DNA from: a virus
IMG/VR virus record: IMGVR_UViG_3300032242_001844
Length of the DNA: 64,000 bases
Reading direction: 5' to 3' (one strand)
In this document: positions 19,979 to 29,411 of the stretch, in pieces
Layout: each line of letters starts with the position of its first letter
Numbering within the stretch: position 1 is the first letter of the stretch
Position numbers and translations under genes: made by a program
Notes under the pieces: model-generated
The model's database searches: none
The model's input: only the letters and a program-made list of their open reading frames with translations
Told to the model about the DNA's origin: nothing

Positions 19979-20523
19979 ATTTTGGCAATCGTGATGATAT
20001 CTTAAAGATTATCAAACATATTCCTGCATCCATTAATCGTGGCGGCAGTGTTGTCAAACACAATACTGGTGTTTATGTTAATCCTATTCCTGTTAACCCA
20101 CTTACTGGTTTAAGTAATATTGATTATAACGAAGCCGAAGAACTTGGCTATATGAAGTTGGACCTGTTGAATGTGCATGTTTATAATTCAGTTCGCAGCA
20201 ACGAGCATCTTGACGAACTCTGTAATACTGAGCCACAATGGGACCAACTTCATAACAAAGATTATGTTGATAAGTTAATTCATCTTAATAGCCACTATGA
20301 TCTTGTTCAGAAACATTTTCCAGATACAATAGATAAATTAGCAATGGTATTGGCAATGATTCGTCCAAGTAAACGATATCTTGTTGGCCAGCGATGGAAA
20401 GAAATTGCTGCGGAAATTTGGTTAAAACCGCATGAAGGCTATTACTTCAAGAAAGCACACGCATACAGTTACGCGCAATTAGTAATGGTTCATATGAATC
20501 TATTAAGTGAGTCTGCGAACTAA
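19963..20523 (+). CDS. Miniature DNA polymerase III alpha (DnaE)-like protein
   Basis: DIDIDF, KHNTGVY, EELGYMKLDLL, LAMIRP, YYFKKAHAYSYA in DnaE order within 186 aa. Confidence 0.8.
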   Translation: MDIDIDFGNRDDILKIIKHIPASINRGGSVVKHNTGVYVNPIPVNPLTGLSNIDYNEAEELGYMKLDLLNVHVYNSVRSNEHLDELCNTEPQWDQLHNKDYVDKLIHLNSHYDLVQKHFPDTIDKLAMVLAMIRPSKRYLVGQRWKEIAAEIWLKPHEGYYFKKAHAYSYAQLVMVHMNLLSESAN

Positions 20524-20874
20524 TTGCACTACACGGCGTTTTGTTCGCTTCTCTGCTAGCTTGGCAATGCTAACAATATGTCCATGTTGTTCTATTATAT
20601 CTTTGCAAGCTAGCGTTACTGTACTGTACCTGAATGGATTCCAACTTTCTTTAAGAAATATGTTAATAGGAATTAATCTATTAGATTCCCACCACCATAT
20701 TTCTGCAGTTTCTAAAAACCCAAGTTTATCTTTATCTGTTCTTAATTTATTAAAAGCATACATGCTTACGATATCGGTATCATGATTTTGTATAATACCA
20801 ATATAATCACTGTGAGTATATTTTATGTAACTTAGGAACGGGTATTGTTCTAGCATTTGTTCAATTGAAATCAT
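20503..20874 (-). CDS. Conserved phage hypothetical protein
   Basis: YPFLS..YIGIIQN, WWWESNR.IPINIFL; basic C-terminus. Confidence 0.7.
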   Translation of the reverse strand: MISIEQMLEQYPFLSYIKYTHSDYIGIIQNHDTDIVSMYAFNKLRTDKDKLGFLETAEIWWWESNRLIPINIFLKESWNPFRYSTVTLACKDIIEQHGHIVSIAKLAEKRTKRRVVQLVRRLT

Positions 20875-20899
20875 AATAAATATAAAAGGAGTCCATTCT

Positions 20900-21688
20900 G
20901 TGCAGCCAATTTCAGGTTATTTATATAAACAAATCATTACCGTTGTAAGGAATAGTGACTTCGTACCACACAGGGAGAATCAGTTGTTTTACGCAAAACC
21001 ATTACAAATATACAAAGGTGTAGATAACCGATTCCAATTTCTGTTTAAAAACCAAGATTGGAAACCTGTAAGTCTACTTGATAGTTCAGTTCTATTTAAC
21101 TTGATTGATCCTACTACTACAGAATTAGTTTTTAGTAGAAAGTTGCAGATTGTTTATACCGATAATGGAACTGCTACTACGCTTGTTGAAAGTAGTTTAA
21201 TTGATGATGTAAACGCTGGACTATACAATTATAGTATTGTAGTTACAAGTCCAGAAGGTGAACAACAAATTGCTTACAGTGATGACAACTATAATGCGCA
21301 AGGACAAGCCAGAATTCACGACAATGTTTATCCAGCATTTGTTGAAAGTTTCAAACCTACTATTTTAAATTATACAAATGATATCAGCACTGGCTATCTA
21401 AATGTTGCTTATACGAGTGCAACGCAAATGGCAGATCGTGTAAAAGGTCGTGCGGTTGCGCAAACCGTGCAATATAACTGTGCAGGATTTACTGGCATAA
21501 TTGAATGTCAAGCAACGCAAGATTATCTTAGTGTCAGCAATGCTGCTACTTGGGTCGTTATACAAGATGTCACACTTAACAACATGACAGGCAACGGATA
21601 TTTTAATTTTTATGGTAAATTTAATGCTGTGCGGTTTAAGATAACAAAAACAAATGGCACAGTGAATTATATCGCATATCGTCCTTGA
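20900..21688 (+). CDS. Putative virion structural protein (baseplate/BppU-like beta protein)
   Basis: TAAATA motif and AAGGAG upstream; YKGVDN.FQF..KNQD.KPV, G.Y.YS. Confidence 0.55.
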   Translation: MQPISGYLYKQIITVVRNSDFVPHRENQLFYAKPLQIYKGVDNRFQFLFKNQDWKPVSLLDSSVLFNLIDPTTTELVFSRKLQIVYTDNGTATTLVESSLIDDVNAGLYNYSIVVTSPEGEQQIAYSDDNYNAQGQARIHDNVYPAFVESFKPTILNYTNDISTGYLNVAYTSATQMADRVKGRAVAQTVQYNCAGFTGIIECQATQDYLSVSNAATWVVIQDVTLNNMTGNGYFNFYGKFNAVRFKITKTNGTVNYIAYRP

Positions 21689-21718
21689 CTTTTGTTATAA
21701 ATCTGTTATATTAATGTT

Positions 21719-22717
21719 ATGGAAATTACTGACCAAATCATGCAGCACCTGCCATGGAAGCGCAAATCCACGCCTAGCGGTTGGATAAGTTTCAATGCTG
21801 TCTGCTGTCATCACAATGGTCAAAATGCTGATACTCGTGGTCGTGGCGGCGTTATGCCATCGCCAGAAGGCGGGATAACTGCGCATTGTTTCAATTGTCA
21901 TTACACTGCTTCTTGGCAACCAGGCCGTCGTCTCTCTTACAAGATGCGGCGTTGGATGTCTTGGCTTGGCATGGGCGACGATGAGATTGGGCGTCTTGCT
22001 CTTTTTGCTATCAGTCAAGAAAGCTATGAACAAGTTGTAGTTGAAACTCGTGAGTTGCCTACTTACGAGCCTCGTGATCCGTGTCCAGGTCGTCCTATTA
22101 CAAGTTGGTTAAATGATGGGTATATAAATGAAGAGGATTATAACAGTCTTGAAATAGCTATCAATTATCTTGATTCTAGAGGTTTTGGCGATAAGCTATC
22201 TGATTTTTACTGGACAGACGACCCTGCATTAAGAAACCGTGTGCTTGTTCCATTTACTTGGAAAAACAAACCTATGGGATTTAGTGGGCGGCTGTTTGAA
22301 GATGGTAAGAAGAAAGTAAAATATTTTTCTAACTATCCAAGCAATATGATTTGGGGGTATGATCGACAGCATCGTGACGCAAGATTTTGCATTGTCGTTG
22401 AAGGATTGCTTGATGCAGTTGCTATTGGTGCACTTGCTATTTGCAGCAATGAAATCAATGACAGTCAGGCTCAAGTTATTGAGACACTTGACCGTGATAT
22501 CATTGTCGTGCCTGATCGTGATAAGGCTGGCGCGGCAATGGTAGAGGCTGCGTTAAAATATGGTTGGAGTGTAGCATTTCCTGATTGGGAGACGGGTATT
22601 AAAGATACTGCAGATGCTGTTGCAAAATATGGTACATTGTTTACTATGCGTAGTATCATAGATAGTGTACAAACTAATAAACTTAAAATTCAACTCTATG
22701 GTAAAAAATGGTTTTGA
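21719..22717 (+). CDS. DNA primase (gp61-like)
   Basis: Zn finger (CC...HCFNC), TOPRIM VEGLLDA, PDRD.AG, KD..DA. Confidence 0.9.
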   Translation: MEITDQIMQHLPWKRKSTPSGWISFNAVCCHHNGQNADTRGRGGVMPSPEGGITAHCFNCHYTASWQPGRRLSYKMRRWMSWLGMGDDEIGRLALFAISQESYEQVVVETRELPTYEPRDPCPGRPITSWLNDGYINEEDYNSLEIAINYLDSRGFGDKLSDFYWTDDPALRNRVLVPFTWKNKPMGFSGRLFEDGKKKVKYFSNYPSNMIWGYDRQHRDARFCIVVEGLLDAVAIGALAICSNEINDSQAQVIETLDRDIIVVPDRDKAGAAMVEAALKYGWSVAFPDWETGIKDTADAVAKYGTLFTMRSIIDSVQTNKLKIQLYGKKWF

Positions 22718-22748
22718 CAATCATCTATAAAAAGTATATAATTACCTA

Positions 22749-24152
22749 ATGGCAAAAACATACGACGCACAAATTCAAAAGCTATTCATTGAAATGATGC
22801 TGAGCGATCCGCAAAGTTATGTGCGCGTTCAAAATATTTTTAATCCAAATAACTTTGATCGTAGTTTAAAGGGCGCAGCCGAATTTATCAAAGAACATTG
22901 CGAAAAGCATACTATTATGCCGCTGCATGAGCAAATTAATGCTGCCACCAATAATACATTTCAACCAATTTCTGGAATGACAGATGACCATACCTCTTGG
23001 TTTTTAGATGAGTTTGAGGGATTTACTAGACAAAAAGAACTTGAACGAGCAATTCTTGCTGCTGCTGACTTGCTTGAAAAAGGCGATTTTGATCCTGTTG
23101 AAAAATTAATCAAGGATGCAGTGCAAATTAGCTTGACCAAAGACCTTGGAACAGATTATTTTGCTGACCCCAAAGCCCGATTGATGAAGATTAAAGATAA
23201 TAATGGACAGGTTAGTACAGGTTGGAATGCGCTTGACCAGAAGTTATTTGGCGGATTTAATAAGGGTGAGTTGAATATATTTGCAGGTGGTTCTGGTTCA
23301 GGGAAGTCACTATTCATGCAAAATATTGCAGTTAACTGGATGCAACTTGGTCTCAATGGCGTTTATATTACGCTGGAATTAAGTGAAGAACTAACTTCTA
23401 TGCGTATTGATAGTATGATTACTAATATTCCAAGTAAGGATATCTTCAGAGATATTGATAATGTAGATATGAAGGTTATCATGATGGGTAAAAAGAGTGG
23501 TAAGTTACAAATCAAATATTTGCCAGCGCAAAGCAATATCAACGATGTTCGTGCTTATATTAAAGAACTGCAAATCCGCAGCGGTCGTCGTGTAGATTTT
23601 GTTATGATTGATTATCTTGATTTGCTAATGCCTGTTAGTGCAAAGGTTAGCCCAAGTGATTTGTTTGTCAAGGACAAGTATGTAAGTGAGGAAATTCGTA
23701 ATTTTGCCAAGGAAATGCAAATCTTATTGGTTACAGCATCGCAGTTAAATCGTGCAAGTGTTGAAGAAGTAGAGTTTGACCACAGTCATATTAGTGGCGG
23801 TATTTCAAAAATTAATACTGCAGACAATCTATTCGGCATTTTTACAACACGCAGTATGCGTGAACACGGCAAATATCAACTTCAAATTATGAAAACTCGT
23901 AGCAGCAGTGGCGTTGGACAAAAGGTTGAACTTGAATTTGATATTGATAGTTTGCGTATTCGCGATCTTCCAGATGACGATAGCCAAACATCTCAGTTCA
24001 AGAAACCATCAAATACTATCTTCGACGGTCTCAAAACTGGCAGTGTTGTAAGGTCGGCTGGCAACATTGATACTGAATCTAGTAAAGTCACGGCAACAGT
24101 CGATAGCAGCAGATTAAAAAGCATGTTAGCTAATATTAAATCTTCAAAATAA
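22749..24152 (+). CDS. Replicative DnaB-family helicase (gp41-like)
   Basis: GGSGSGKS, ITLE, IDYLDL, TASQLNR, K.R motif. Confidence 0.93.
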   Translation: MAKTYDAQIQKLFIEMMLSDPQSYVRVQNIFNPNNFDRSLKGAAEFIKEHCEKHTIMPLHEQINAATNNTFQPISGMTDDHTSWFLDEFEGFTRQKELERAILAAADLLEKGDFDPVEKLIKDAVQISLTKDLGTDYFADPKARLMKIKDNNGQVSTGWNALDQKLFGGFNKGELNIFAGGSGSGKSLFMQNIAVNWMQLGLNGVYITLELSEELTSMRIDSMITNIPSKDIFRDIDNVDMKVIMMGKKSGKLQIKYLPAQSNINDVRAYIKELQIRSGRRVDFVMIDYLDLLMPVSAKVSPSDLFVKDKYVSEEIRNFAKEMQILLVTASQLNRASVEEVEFDHSHISGGISKINTADNLFGIFTTRSMREHGKYQLQIMKTRSSSGVGQKVELEFDIDSLRIRDLPDDDSQTSQFKKPSNTIFDGLKTGSVVRSAGNIDTESSKVTATVDSSRLKSMLANIKSSK

Positions 24153-24170
24153 TGACAACATAAATATGTT

Positions 24171-24941
24171 ATGTTTAAAGAATTAGAAGATTTTGTTGAT
24201 TTAAGTCATATTGACATTGATTTTAATAAATTTAGAAGCCAAGTAGTTAAACATCATTTTGAATGTTTTAATTTAACAGGAAATAATAGAATTTGGCTAA
24301 GAACGCATGACACATCTTTACCTATAGAAAAACAAATTAACCCAAACAAAACAACAGTAACAAGTTTGTCCATTGATCAGTTAGATGATTTTAGTACTGT
24401 TGATTGGAATATCTTAATAGAAAATTTTAGATTAGTAAAACCAGAAAATTTTACACATTATACAACACTGTTGACCGAAAAATTTCCATATATTATAGAA
24501 GTTCTAGATAAGGTAGAAAAATTTTCAAATATTAAATTTAGAATTATTAATAGTTCTTTGATGAAACCAAGTTCATCGTTGGATTTTCATATTGATTATG
24601 GGACAGATAGGTTACATATACCAATAGTGACGCAGATTCCAGAATGTTTTTTTTATGTAAAAGATAGTTTTGTTACAATGCCAAGCTATACCAAATTATA
24701 CAAGTTACATACAAACACTGTTCACAATGCATTTAACACGGGAAAGAAAGATAGATTGCATCTTATTTTTAATAATGCTGAACAAGAAGTAATTTATGAC
24801 ACAAGAGAAAAAATAATTGAATTACATAGCAAATTAAAAGATATGGCCAATGATCGTTTAAAAAATATAGATAGAGTTGATTTGTTATTAAATCCAGCAT
24901 ATTATAGTAAACTATTAAAAAACCAGCACAAGATGCAATAA
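24171..24941 (+). CDS. 2OG-Fe(II) oxygenase (Asp/Asn beta-hydroxylase-like)
   Basis: HID...RLHIPI, H.AFN....RLHL. Confidence 0.75.
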   Translation: MFKELEDFVDLSHIDIDFNKFRSQVVKHHFECFNLTGNNRIWLRTHDTSLPIEKQINPNKTTVTSLSIDQLDDFSTVDWNILIENFRLVKPENFTHYTTLLTEKFPYIIEVLDKVEKFSNIKFRIINSSLMKPSSSLDFHIDYGTDRLHIPIVTQIPECFFYVKDSFVTMPSYTKLYKLHTNTVHNAFNTGKKDRLHLIFNNAEQEVIYDTREKIIELHSKLKDMANDRLKNIDRVDLLLNPAYYSKLLKNQHKMQ

Positions 24942-25038
24942 ATTTAACACCACGGATATATTTTTATGCATTGTTATATGTTGTTCTTTATTATTTTTTA
25001 AAGCAACTATTCAATAAATATCCGTGGAGTAATAAAAT

Positions 25039-25287
25039 TTGCGTAAACAAACTCGCTCAATATTAGACGAATTAAGTTCACTGACCATTAATAAAAATTC
25101 TGGTTTAGTGTTGGAGAGTCGTGCAAACCATATTATCAATAGTGCAATAAATTTAATTACGCAAATACGAGAAAATTATGATACTCCAGAAGCAGATGAA
25201 CTTGAACGCAGATTAATTAATAGTATTCGTGGACAAGACCCTGCTAAATTTATTCGAGGTCTTAGGAAGATAAATGAGAGCCGTTGA
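25039..25287 (+). CDS. Conserved late hypothetical protein
   Basis: AATAAATA 25013-25020 and GGAG upstream; TRSIL.EL, LERRL.NSIR..DP.KF. Confidence 0.65.
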   Translation: MRKQTRSILDELSSLTINKNSGLVLESRANHIINSAINLITQIRENYDTPEADELERRLINSIRGQDPAKFIRGLRKINESR

Positions 25288-26419
25288 GTTTTTGACAGAA
25301 TTAACAAAGCCAGGAGAACCACCGCAAGTAGGCAGTCCTGAATTTAAAGCTACAGCAGAATCAATGAAGAAATTCATTAACTATGCTATTTCTGAATATT
25401 CAAAAACCGTTGCTTTGCGAAATCAAAAAGACCCACGGGTTGGTCAAGGAATTTCTAAGCAACCAATGCAACTTGCCAAAGGCATTGAAGACGCAGTTTA
25501 TGTCAATCTTAAGAAAATGGGCGCTGGCTTTATTACTGACACTGATATTGAGCGATTTAAAGAATATTTCTTAGGCAGTGCTGGCGCTACTGGTGGAGAA
25601 CAACCCGCAGGTGCTGCTGGTGCTAATAAAGATACCAGTGCTGCTGGTGGTGCTGCAGCAGGTGCCGCTACTGGCGGAGAACAAAAACAACAAACTATAC
25701 CACGAGGCGCTGAAGTAGAAATTGGTAAATCTCGTTCAGCAGGTGGCGGTGTAGCAAAATATCGTTGGGAAGGCGCTAAGTGGGCAGAAGTTTCGCCTAG
25801 AACTGGTGGCAGCGGCAAGTTTGCCAATGAAAAAGTTGCGCAAGAACTTACTCGTCGTTACTTCTCAAAGACAAAAGAACCAGCAACTGGCAGCATGACT
25901 CCTGACCAAATAAAAGCTGCAGCGGCTGCTAAATCACCAGAAGATTTAAAAGCTAAAACTCCACAGCCTATAACCGTTGGTGGTGAAACAATTAAGCCAA
26001 GTGATCCTCGCTATGCTGAAATTACTAAAAGATTAAACAGCAGTGTATACAGAAATCCTAGTAATATTATCAGTGAAGCTGCGGTTTCTTTTGATTCATC
26101 AACTAGTCTAATATCAGTTGATCCAGAACTAATTGATAAATTGGCAAATGATGCCGCTGAAACTTGGTACAAGAATCGCAAATGGTCAAATGATAATCCA
26201 GGAAAAAGTTTAGATTCTGGCGCTGGCAGTGAAACTGGTTCTAGCGGTGGGTTATCAAATCGTAACATCCAGCTATTGAAATATGTTGGTCTTGATCCTA
26301 ATAGTCCAAATATTGCTCAAACATTGGCAAATACACTAGCTGATCCAAATAAAAGAGAAGCAGTAGCTAAATCACTTGCTAGACAGGGTATAATGCCGCA
26401 GAAGAGTAATACCCCATAA
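25274..26419 (+). CDS. Putative head-internal protein with Ala/Gly low-complexity linker
   Basis: MRAVEFLTE leader, duplicated GATGGEQ, late-gene context. Confidence 0.55.
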   Translation: MRAVEFLTELTKPGEPPQVGSPEFKATAESMKKFINYAISEYSKTVALRNQKDPRVGQGISKQPMQLAKGIEDAVYVNLKKMGAGFITDTDIERFKEYFLGSAGATGGEQPAGAAGANKDTSAAGGAAAGAATGGEQKQQTIPRGAEVEIGKSRSAGGGVAKYRWEGAKWAEVSPRTGGSGKFANEKVAQELTRRYFSKTKEPATGSMTPDQIKAAAAAKSPEDLKAKTPQPITVGGETIKPSDPRYAEITKRLNSSVYRNPSNIISEAAVSFDSSTSLISVDPELIDKLANDAAETWYKNRKWSNDNPGKSLDSGAGSETGSSGGLSNRNIQLLKYVGLDPNSPNIAQTLANTLADPNKREAVAKSLARQGIMPQKSNTP

Positions 26420-26431
26420 ATCATAATTATG

Positions 26432-26439
26432 TATAAATA
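26432..26439 (+). promoter_or_regulatory. T4-type late promoter TATAAATA
   Basis: Exact motif; NATAAATA recurs before 24171, 25039, 28120, 29412, 30341 and 31450. Confidence 0.65.
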
Positions 26440-26477
26440 ATAGTAGCGTAATAGACGCAATATTTTGGAGAATTAAA

Positions 26478-26858
26478 ATGGCAGATTTTTATCGTACAAC
26501 TGGTAACGCTGGTCCTGCTGGTAGCATGATCAGCTTCATCGGTAAAACCCCACTTGCAGTTGCAGGTTATGTTGCAGCAAGCGGTGGCACAGCACAAGAC
26601 CTTCGTGGTGAATTAGGCATTAACTATGCAGTTCCTGCAATCCTAAATGTCCTTGAATCAAATGTCACTGTTCTTGCTTATCAGATTGAAAACACTTCTG
26701 GTGGTAACATCAGTCTACTTCTTGAAGGTGCTTCACACTTCGCTGCAAGCGACATTCAAGGTATCATTCGTAGCGCAGGTACAACTGTTGGTAACAACAG
26801 CGTTGATGTTACTGGCACAATGATTGCAGCTCGTGGTTTCAAGCTAAGCTATACTTAA
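26478..26858 (+). CDS. Putative abundant virion (decoration-type) protein
   Basis: Late motif, GGAG SD, biased codons, own terminator. Confidence 0.55.
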   Translation: MADFYRTTGNAGPAGSMISFIGKTPLAVAGYVAASGGTAQDLRGELGINYAVPAILNVLESNVTVLAYQIENTSGGNISLLLEGASHFAASDIQGIIRSAGTTVGNNSVDVTGTMIAARGFKLSYT

Positions 26859-26885
26859 TATATCACAGATATATTAAACAAGTTC

Positions 26886-26908
26886 AAGGGCGAGCAATCG
26901 CCCTTTTT
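26886..26908 (+). terminator. Intrinsic terminator
   Basis: AAGGGCGA-GCAA-TCGCCCTT plus T-run. Confidence 0.85.
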
Positions 26909-26941
26909 CTTTGTCTAAAATTCATTACTATAAGTAAAAAC

Positions 26942-27307
26942 ATGATTAGATGTATGACATTATTTGATATTACCAGAAATGGTGACTATCATGCCGCAGA
27001 CCAACTTAAAAATTGGCACACTTTGCTGCAAGCAATTAATATAAAATCTATTCCTACTATTCAATCTTATCCTAGAAAATTTTTTCGTAATACAGATGGG
27101 CTAGGATTTGGTAAAAAATATAGTGGTCATGAAGAAATCTGGATGTTTGATTTCAATATAGATAACTTTGATGGTGATATAACTGAGTTAGAAAACAATA
27201 TTGACCTTATACCAATGATTACTGGTTTAGAAGAAACTGCTAAAAACCTTGAACATTATACTGTTGCACAAGGAGATAACCAAAATATAGTGTTTTTATT
27301 ATTATAA
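26942..27307 (+). CDS. Hypothetical protein
   Basis: TLFDIT, NW.TL.Q, PMITGL.ET. Confidence 0.65.
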   Translation: MIRCMTLFDITRNGDYHAADQLKNWHTLLQAINIKSIPTIQSYPRKFFRNTDGLGFGKKYSGHEEIWMFDFNIDNFDGDITELENNIDLIPMITGLEETAKNLEHYTVAQGDNQNIVFLLL

Positions 27308-27346
27308 GTGTCATAATAAATAATATTTGCAATGCATGGAGTTGTT

Positions 27347-27619
27347 ATGGCAAAGAAACCATATGAAATAGAGCGAACCAGTTTAGAAGCGCATGTCGAT
27401 ATCTGTGCAGAGCGTTATGAACAAATGGATACGAAAATGGATACTATGGAAGCAAGACTTGCAAAAGTTGAAACCATAGTCAGCGAAATTAAATCTATGT
27501 TAATCGAAAAAGAAACTTTGGCTTATAAAAAACTCGTTGGCTTAGGAATTGGCATTATTGGCTCACTATTAACGGCACTTTTGGGACTTATTTTATATGT
27601 TGCAAAAGCACATACTTAA
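27347..27619 (+). CDS. Coiled-coil protein with C-terminal TM helix (XhlA/holin-like architecture)
   Basis: LEAHVD.CAERY, heptads, one TM segment. Confidence 0.55.
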   Translation: MAKKPYEIERTSLEAHVDICAERYEQMDTKMDTMEARLAKVETIVSEIKSMLIEKETLAYKKLVGLGIGIIGSLLTALLGLILYVAKAHT

Positions 27620-27655
27620 TTGACATAAGAGACAGCGTTATGCTATTATAATATT

Positions 27656-28093
27656 ATGATAGATGAAACCGCAACTCTTAACAAAATTAAACAATTCGTC
27701 ACGGAAGAATACAGTCACCTATCTCAAAAAGGAGCAGTGATTGTAAAATCCGTGGGGAACGGATATCTTGTCAATGGTATCAATGTAAAACTTGTAGATA
27801 ACTTGTGGCAAGTAACAAACGGCAAATCGATTATTGCCAAATTGCGTCAACGACGGGTAGCTATATTGCTTGCGGCATTGGCAAGTAAACGATATTATCG
27901 TGATATTCAACGAGCGACAGTAATTGATAAACAGTTAGACATTTATCTTGGCGATAAGCAAATGTATTCTATAAGATATAAAGCTAATCCAGATAACCAA
28001 ATATATGCAGATAGGCTTGTTAATGTTGAAACTGAATTAGAATTGTTAGATCAACAGTTACACGAATTAGAGAAAACTGTCTCACTGCAATAA
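27656..28093 (+). CDS. Hypothetical protein
   Basis: 145-aa ORF with its own sigma70 promoter. Confidence 0.65.
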   Translation: MIDETATLNKIKQFVTEEYSHLSQKGAVIVKSVGNGYLVNGINVKLVDNLWQVTNGKSIIAKLRQRRVAILLAALASKRYYRDIQRATVIDKQLDIYLGDKQMYSIRYKANPDNQIYADRLVNVETELELLDQQLHELEKTVSLQ

Positions 28094-28119
28094 ATACTAT
28101 TAAATGTAAGGACATTACT

Positions 28120-29058
28120 ATGTTTGTTAAAGAATTTGGAAGTGTTTCAGCCACTGAGTTGAATCAACAGTTGAACAAGGTTTATCGTTGGCAGTTAAAC
28201 TTAAATACTATCACCGAAAACGATGCATCACAAATGTTGCAAACTATTGGTAGCAAAATCAGAAAGATTAAAAGCACTAGCCAAGCTCATCATGCAGAGC
28301 GAAATCCACAATATATGGAAGCTGTAATGGTCGGAAAAATTTTAGAAACTTGGAAGAATGAAATGGCAACAAAACGCACTCGTCTTAGTGAAGCAATGCG
28401 CAGAATTGATCGTTTTTGTGCGATAAATCTTAACGAACGCGAATTGACGCCAACTGAATTAAAGAAGCGTGAGCACTACAAGGGTGCACTCGAAAAGCGC
28501 AAAGGTGAATTTAGCAAGCGTTATGGACCTCGTGGTGATGAAGTAATGTATGCTACTGCTACTAAGATGGCAAAGAATGAAAGCTATACTCTTCCACCTG
28601 CACTTACCGAGGGTGAGATTGAACAAGCCCGTGTTACCATGGCTGCTCGTGACCTTGCAGATAGCGTACAAGACATCGTTGAAAAAATCAGCGATATGCA
28701 GAACGAAAAACTTCCAGCACTTGTTAGCGCAATGAAGGATCAGATTGGCATGGACCAAGCTAACCAGTTCAGCGAAGCAACTAAGACAACTCTTTCTACT
28801 CTGCTAGATGCAGCAAATAGTGCTCGTGATGCTCTTGACAATGCTAGCCGTGCAGTTAGTGGCGGTCAACCTATGGACATGGGCGGTGGCGATGATATGG
28901 GCAGTGATATGGGCGGAGAACCAGCGCCAGATATGAATAATCCAGTAGATAGGGACGAAGCAATAACGCCGCCTCGTGATAATACCAGCGAACTTGATGC
29001 AGCAGATGCTGCTGCTGGCGGAGTTGGCGCTGAAATGGGCCGTGGTCGCAGAGCATAA
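28120..29058 (+). CDS. Putative prohead core/scaffold-like protein
   Basis: Late motif, helical, several LxE sites, acidic Gly/Met-rich tail ending GRGRRA. Confidence 0.55.
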   Translation: MFVKEFGSVSATELNQQLNKVYRWQLNLNTITENDASQMLQTIGSKIRKIKSTSQAHHAERNPQYMEAVMVGKILETWKNEMATKRTRLSEAMRRIDRFCAINLNERELTPTELKKREHYKGALEKRKGEFSKRYGPRGDEVMYATATKMAKNESYTLPPALTEGEIEQARVTMAARDLADSVQDIVEKISDMQNEKLPALVSAMKDQIGMDQANQFSEATKTTLSTLLDAANSARDALDNASRAVSGGQPMDMGGGDDMGSDMGGEPAPDMNNPVDRDEAITPPRDNTSELDAADAAAGGVGAEMGRGRRA

Positions 29059-29059
29059 T

Positions 29060-29401
29060 ATGAAACTTTTTGAAGTTGCTCCAGATTTTGTAAAAGGTGA
29101 ACAAGCATTTCTCATGACAATTTTACAATATCTGCAGAGTAAAGCGAAACCAGGTGAAAAAATTCCAATGGCAAACATTGCTCGTTTAATGAATAATGCT
29201 GGTTATCAATTTAATTTTGATATCTTACAAGATATGATGGCAGATGAAGAAAACACTGGCTTAAAAGATATGATTGGCGATGCAAATCAAGACAGCATTA
29301 CGCTAGGTAAAAAATCTCCTGCCGATGATGAGTCGCTAGATGATAATAATGCGGAAGAAAAAACCGTAGATCAGATGGCAAGTAACGCAGCTAAGTTCTA
29401 A
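29060..29401 (+). CDS. Hypothetical late protein
   Basis: ATG right after the upstream stop; MKLFE leader; V.QMA..A end. Confidence 0.6.
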   Translation: MKLFEVAPDFVKGEQAFLMTILQYLQSKAKPGEKIPMANIARLMNNAGYQFNFDILQDMMADEENTGLKDMIGDANQDSITLGKKSPADDESLDDNNAEEKTVDQMASNAAKF

Positions 29402-29411
29402 TAAATACTTA

